Below are positions 62,282 to 64,000 of a stretch of 64,000 nucleotides of DNA, piece by piece. Numbering within the stretch: position 1 is the first letter of the stretch; every line of letters starts with the position of its first letter. The notes beneath the pieces were generated by a model. It saw nothing but the letters and a program-made list of their open reading frames with translations. It did not search any database and was not told where the DNA came from. The DNA comes from Geosiphon pyriformis uo1 (taxonomy: Eukaryota; Fungi; Glomeromycota). Location: NCBI GenBank assembly GCA_016748015.1, contig JAAOMT010000468.1, positions 790,619 to 854,618 of the forward strand, given 5' to 3'. Both the position numbers and the translations under genes were made by a program.

Positions 62282-63793
62282 TTATTTATGAGAAATAATG
62301 CTTTTTTAAAGGTCAAGTCTGTCATTATTCCTGAGTTATCTGTACTGAATGTCTTGGAATCTAAGAATTTTTCTGATGTTTATAATAGTTTACTAGAGAT
62401 CTGGTCTAATTGTATTGAAATCTACACAGATAAATCTTTAAAAAGCATTAATTCTACTAAAGTAATAAGTGGGATAACTGTTTATTTTCTAGTTATAGAT
62501 GTGAATATTAGGATTAGAGTGTATAAACTTTTGTCTTCTACTTTAACTGAGTTACAAACTATTGCTTTGGTTTTAAAGTGTATTCTATTTTTATGTATTG
62601 TAGTTCTGTATTTAAATAATTAATCTGCTATTAATGCTTGTGTGTCTAAGATTTCTTTTGCAATGCCTGACTTTTACAATCAATGTTGAATTAAAAAATT
62701 ACATATAGCCAATCTTATTAAGAATAAAAATATTTTGGTTAAGTAGGTAAAAGTTAAAAAATATTCAAGAATTCTGGGCAATATTAAGGCTAATATATTG
62801 GCTGGTAAGACCACTTTTTTTTTTGTTAGTTAGAATTTGGAAATGATTTTGGTTGTTAAGAATACTACTGTGTTTGGTAATATTTGTTATTTTGTTTATG
62901 ATCTGTACTAATCAATTTGCCATGTTTGTTGAAAAACTAGTTTTGATTATAATGTAATTTTGAGTGTTATGATTAAAGAGATAGATTGGACTACTACTAT
63001 AAATATTTGGCATCCTAACTTGCATATGCTCTTTGGATTTACTAATAAGAAATTAGCTAATCTGTACATATATATAATAAAAACAGTATATAGATGACTA
63101 CTAGTAACAGTTAGAAAGAGATTGTATAACAAATTGTCTGATCATGTTTTTACTTGTTTTAATAATATTAGTCTCTGTAGAAACATTTTGGCTAAAGTTA
63201 TTAAAAAATGAATATTATTAACAAGTCTTTTTTGTTTACTTACTTCTGTTGTTTTGTATTTATTTTTAATGTGTTCTTCAAATATGGATTTGTTTATTGT
63301 AATTTGCAAAGGTTTTGTGTTGAAAGTTTGGTATATTAAGACTGTTTTGGTTTTTAAAAAGAAAGAAAAAACAGTTCTGATTCTTGTCAAATACATTAGA
63401 TTTGTGGTAGAATTGTATTACACTAAAGTATGGCTTATCAAATCCAAACATAAAGTGAATATGGAAAAAGCTGATTTGGTCAAGAATAATAGTTTGGTTT
63501 CAGGCTTGTCTTGCTGTATAGTATTTATGCTGTCAAATAAGATAATTTATATGCTTAGTATTATAAAATTTTTTGTTGTTAGTTTTGATAAATGCAAATT
63601 GTGTTATTTTTTTTCCAGTTTAGGTGGTGATGTATTTATTAGCATAAACATATAATGTTGTTTTGACTGGCTTGACTGGCTGGTTATATATAATAAGTGT
63701 GTAAGCTACATTTAGTTTGATTTACTTGGTTTGGTTTTATATATTAGATAGCAGTTGGATTTCATTTATAAATTTTTTTTTAAAAAAAAAAAT
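62282..63793 (+). mobile_element. 5'-truncated, decayed LINE (RNase H to poly(A))
   Basis: Collinear with 59970-61526; stop at 63653-63655; hairpin at 63665; A tail. Confidence 0.9.
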
Positions 63794-64000
63794 AACAAAA
63801 CTTTTTATATATTTAAAAATAGCAAAATTTTTTATTTTAAATAAATATTATTAATATTAAAATTTATATTTATTAAACTTTAAACAACTAAAGTTTTAAA
63901 AATCAAAAGTTTTAACTTAAAATACTTAGATAATTTTTTAATTATAAAATTATGTTTTAGTAAAAATTTTATTAATTAAATAATACATATTATTATAAAT

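Overview
Very AT-rich eukaryotic (fungal) genomic window dominated by retroelements. The TE protein families and intron style resemble Glomeromycotina (Geosiphon-like); this is recognition from memory, not a search result. Contents: (1) three Ty3/Gypsy LTR retrotransposons from two families: a partial copy at 1-3888(-), a complete copy at 5492-15673(-) with TSD ATGG and a dUTPase, and a complete copy at 45498-53102(+) with TSD ATAT. Both complete elements appear tricistronic (Gag-PR-Cys-rich-RT-RH | separate integrase ORF | ORF3). (2) Seven LINE-type insertions, all on the + strand and in graded states of C>T/G>A decay. They include a near full-length RNase H-bearing LINE (54691-61526) and a 2.3-kb ORF1-only, HAL1-like element (5129-17607, TSD AGATTG) that shares a 3' double hairpin with the autonomous LINEs. 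(3) A small CpG-retaining gene island with a 4-exon class 3 lipase-like gene lacking the catalytic Ser and His (25461-26849). (4) A gap-ridden, CpG-retaining composite repeat block (42197-44500) made of 46-, 40- and 68-bp tandem repeats interleaved with degenerate 28S rRNA fragments, next to a promoter-like cassette. Almost all TE ORFs are broken by transition-derived stops. No tRNA genes or CRISPR arrays were seen.
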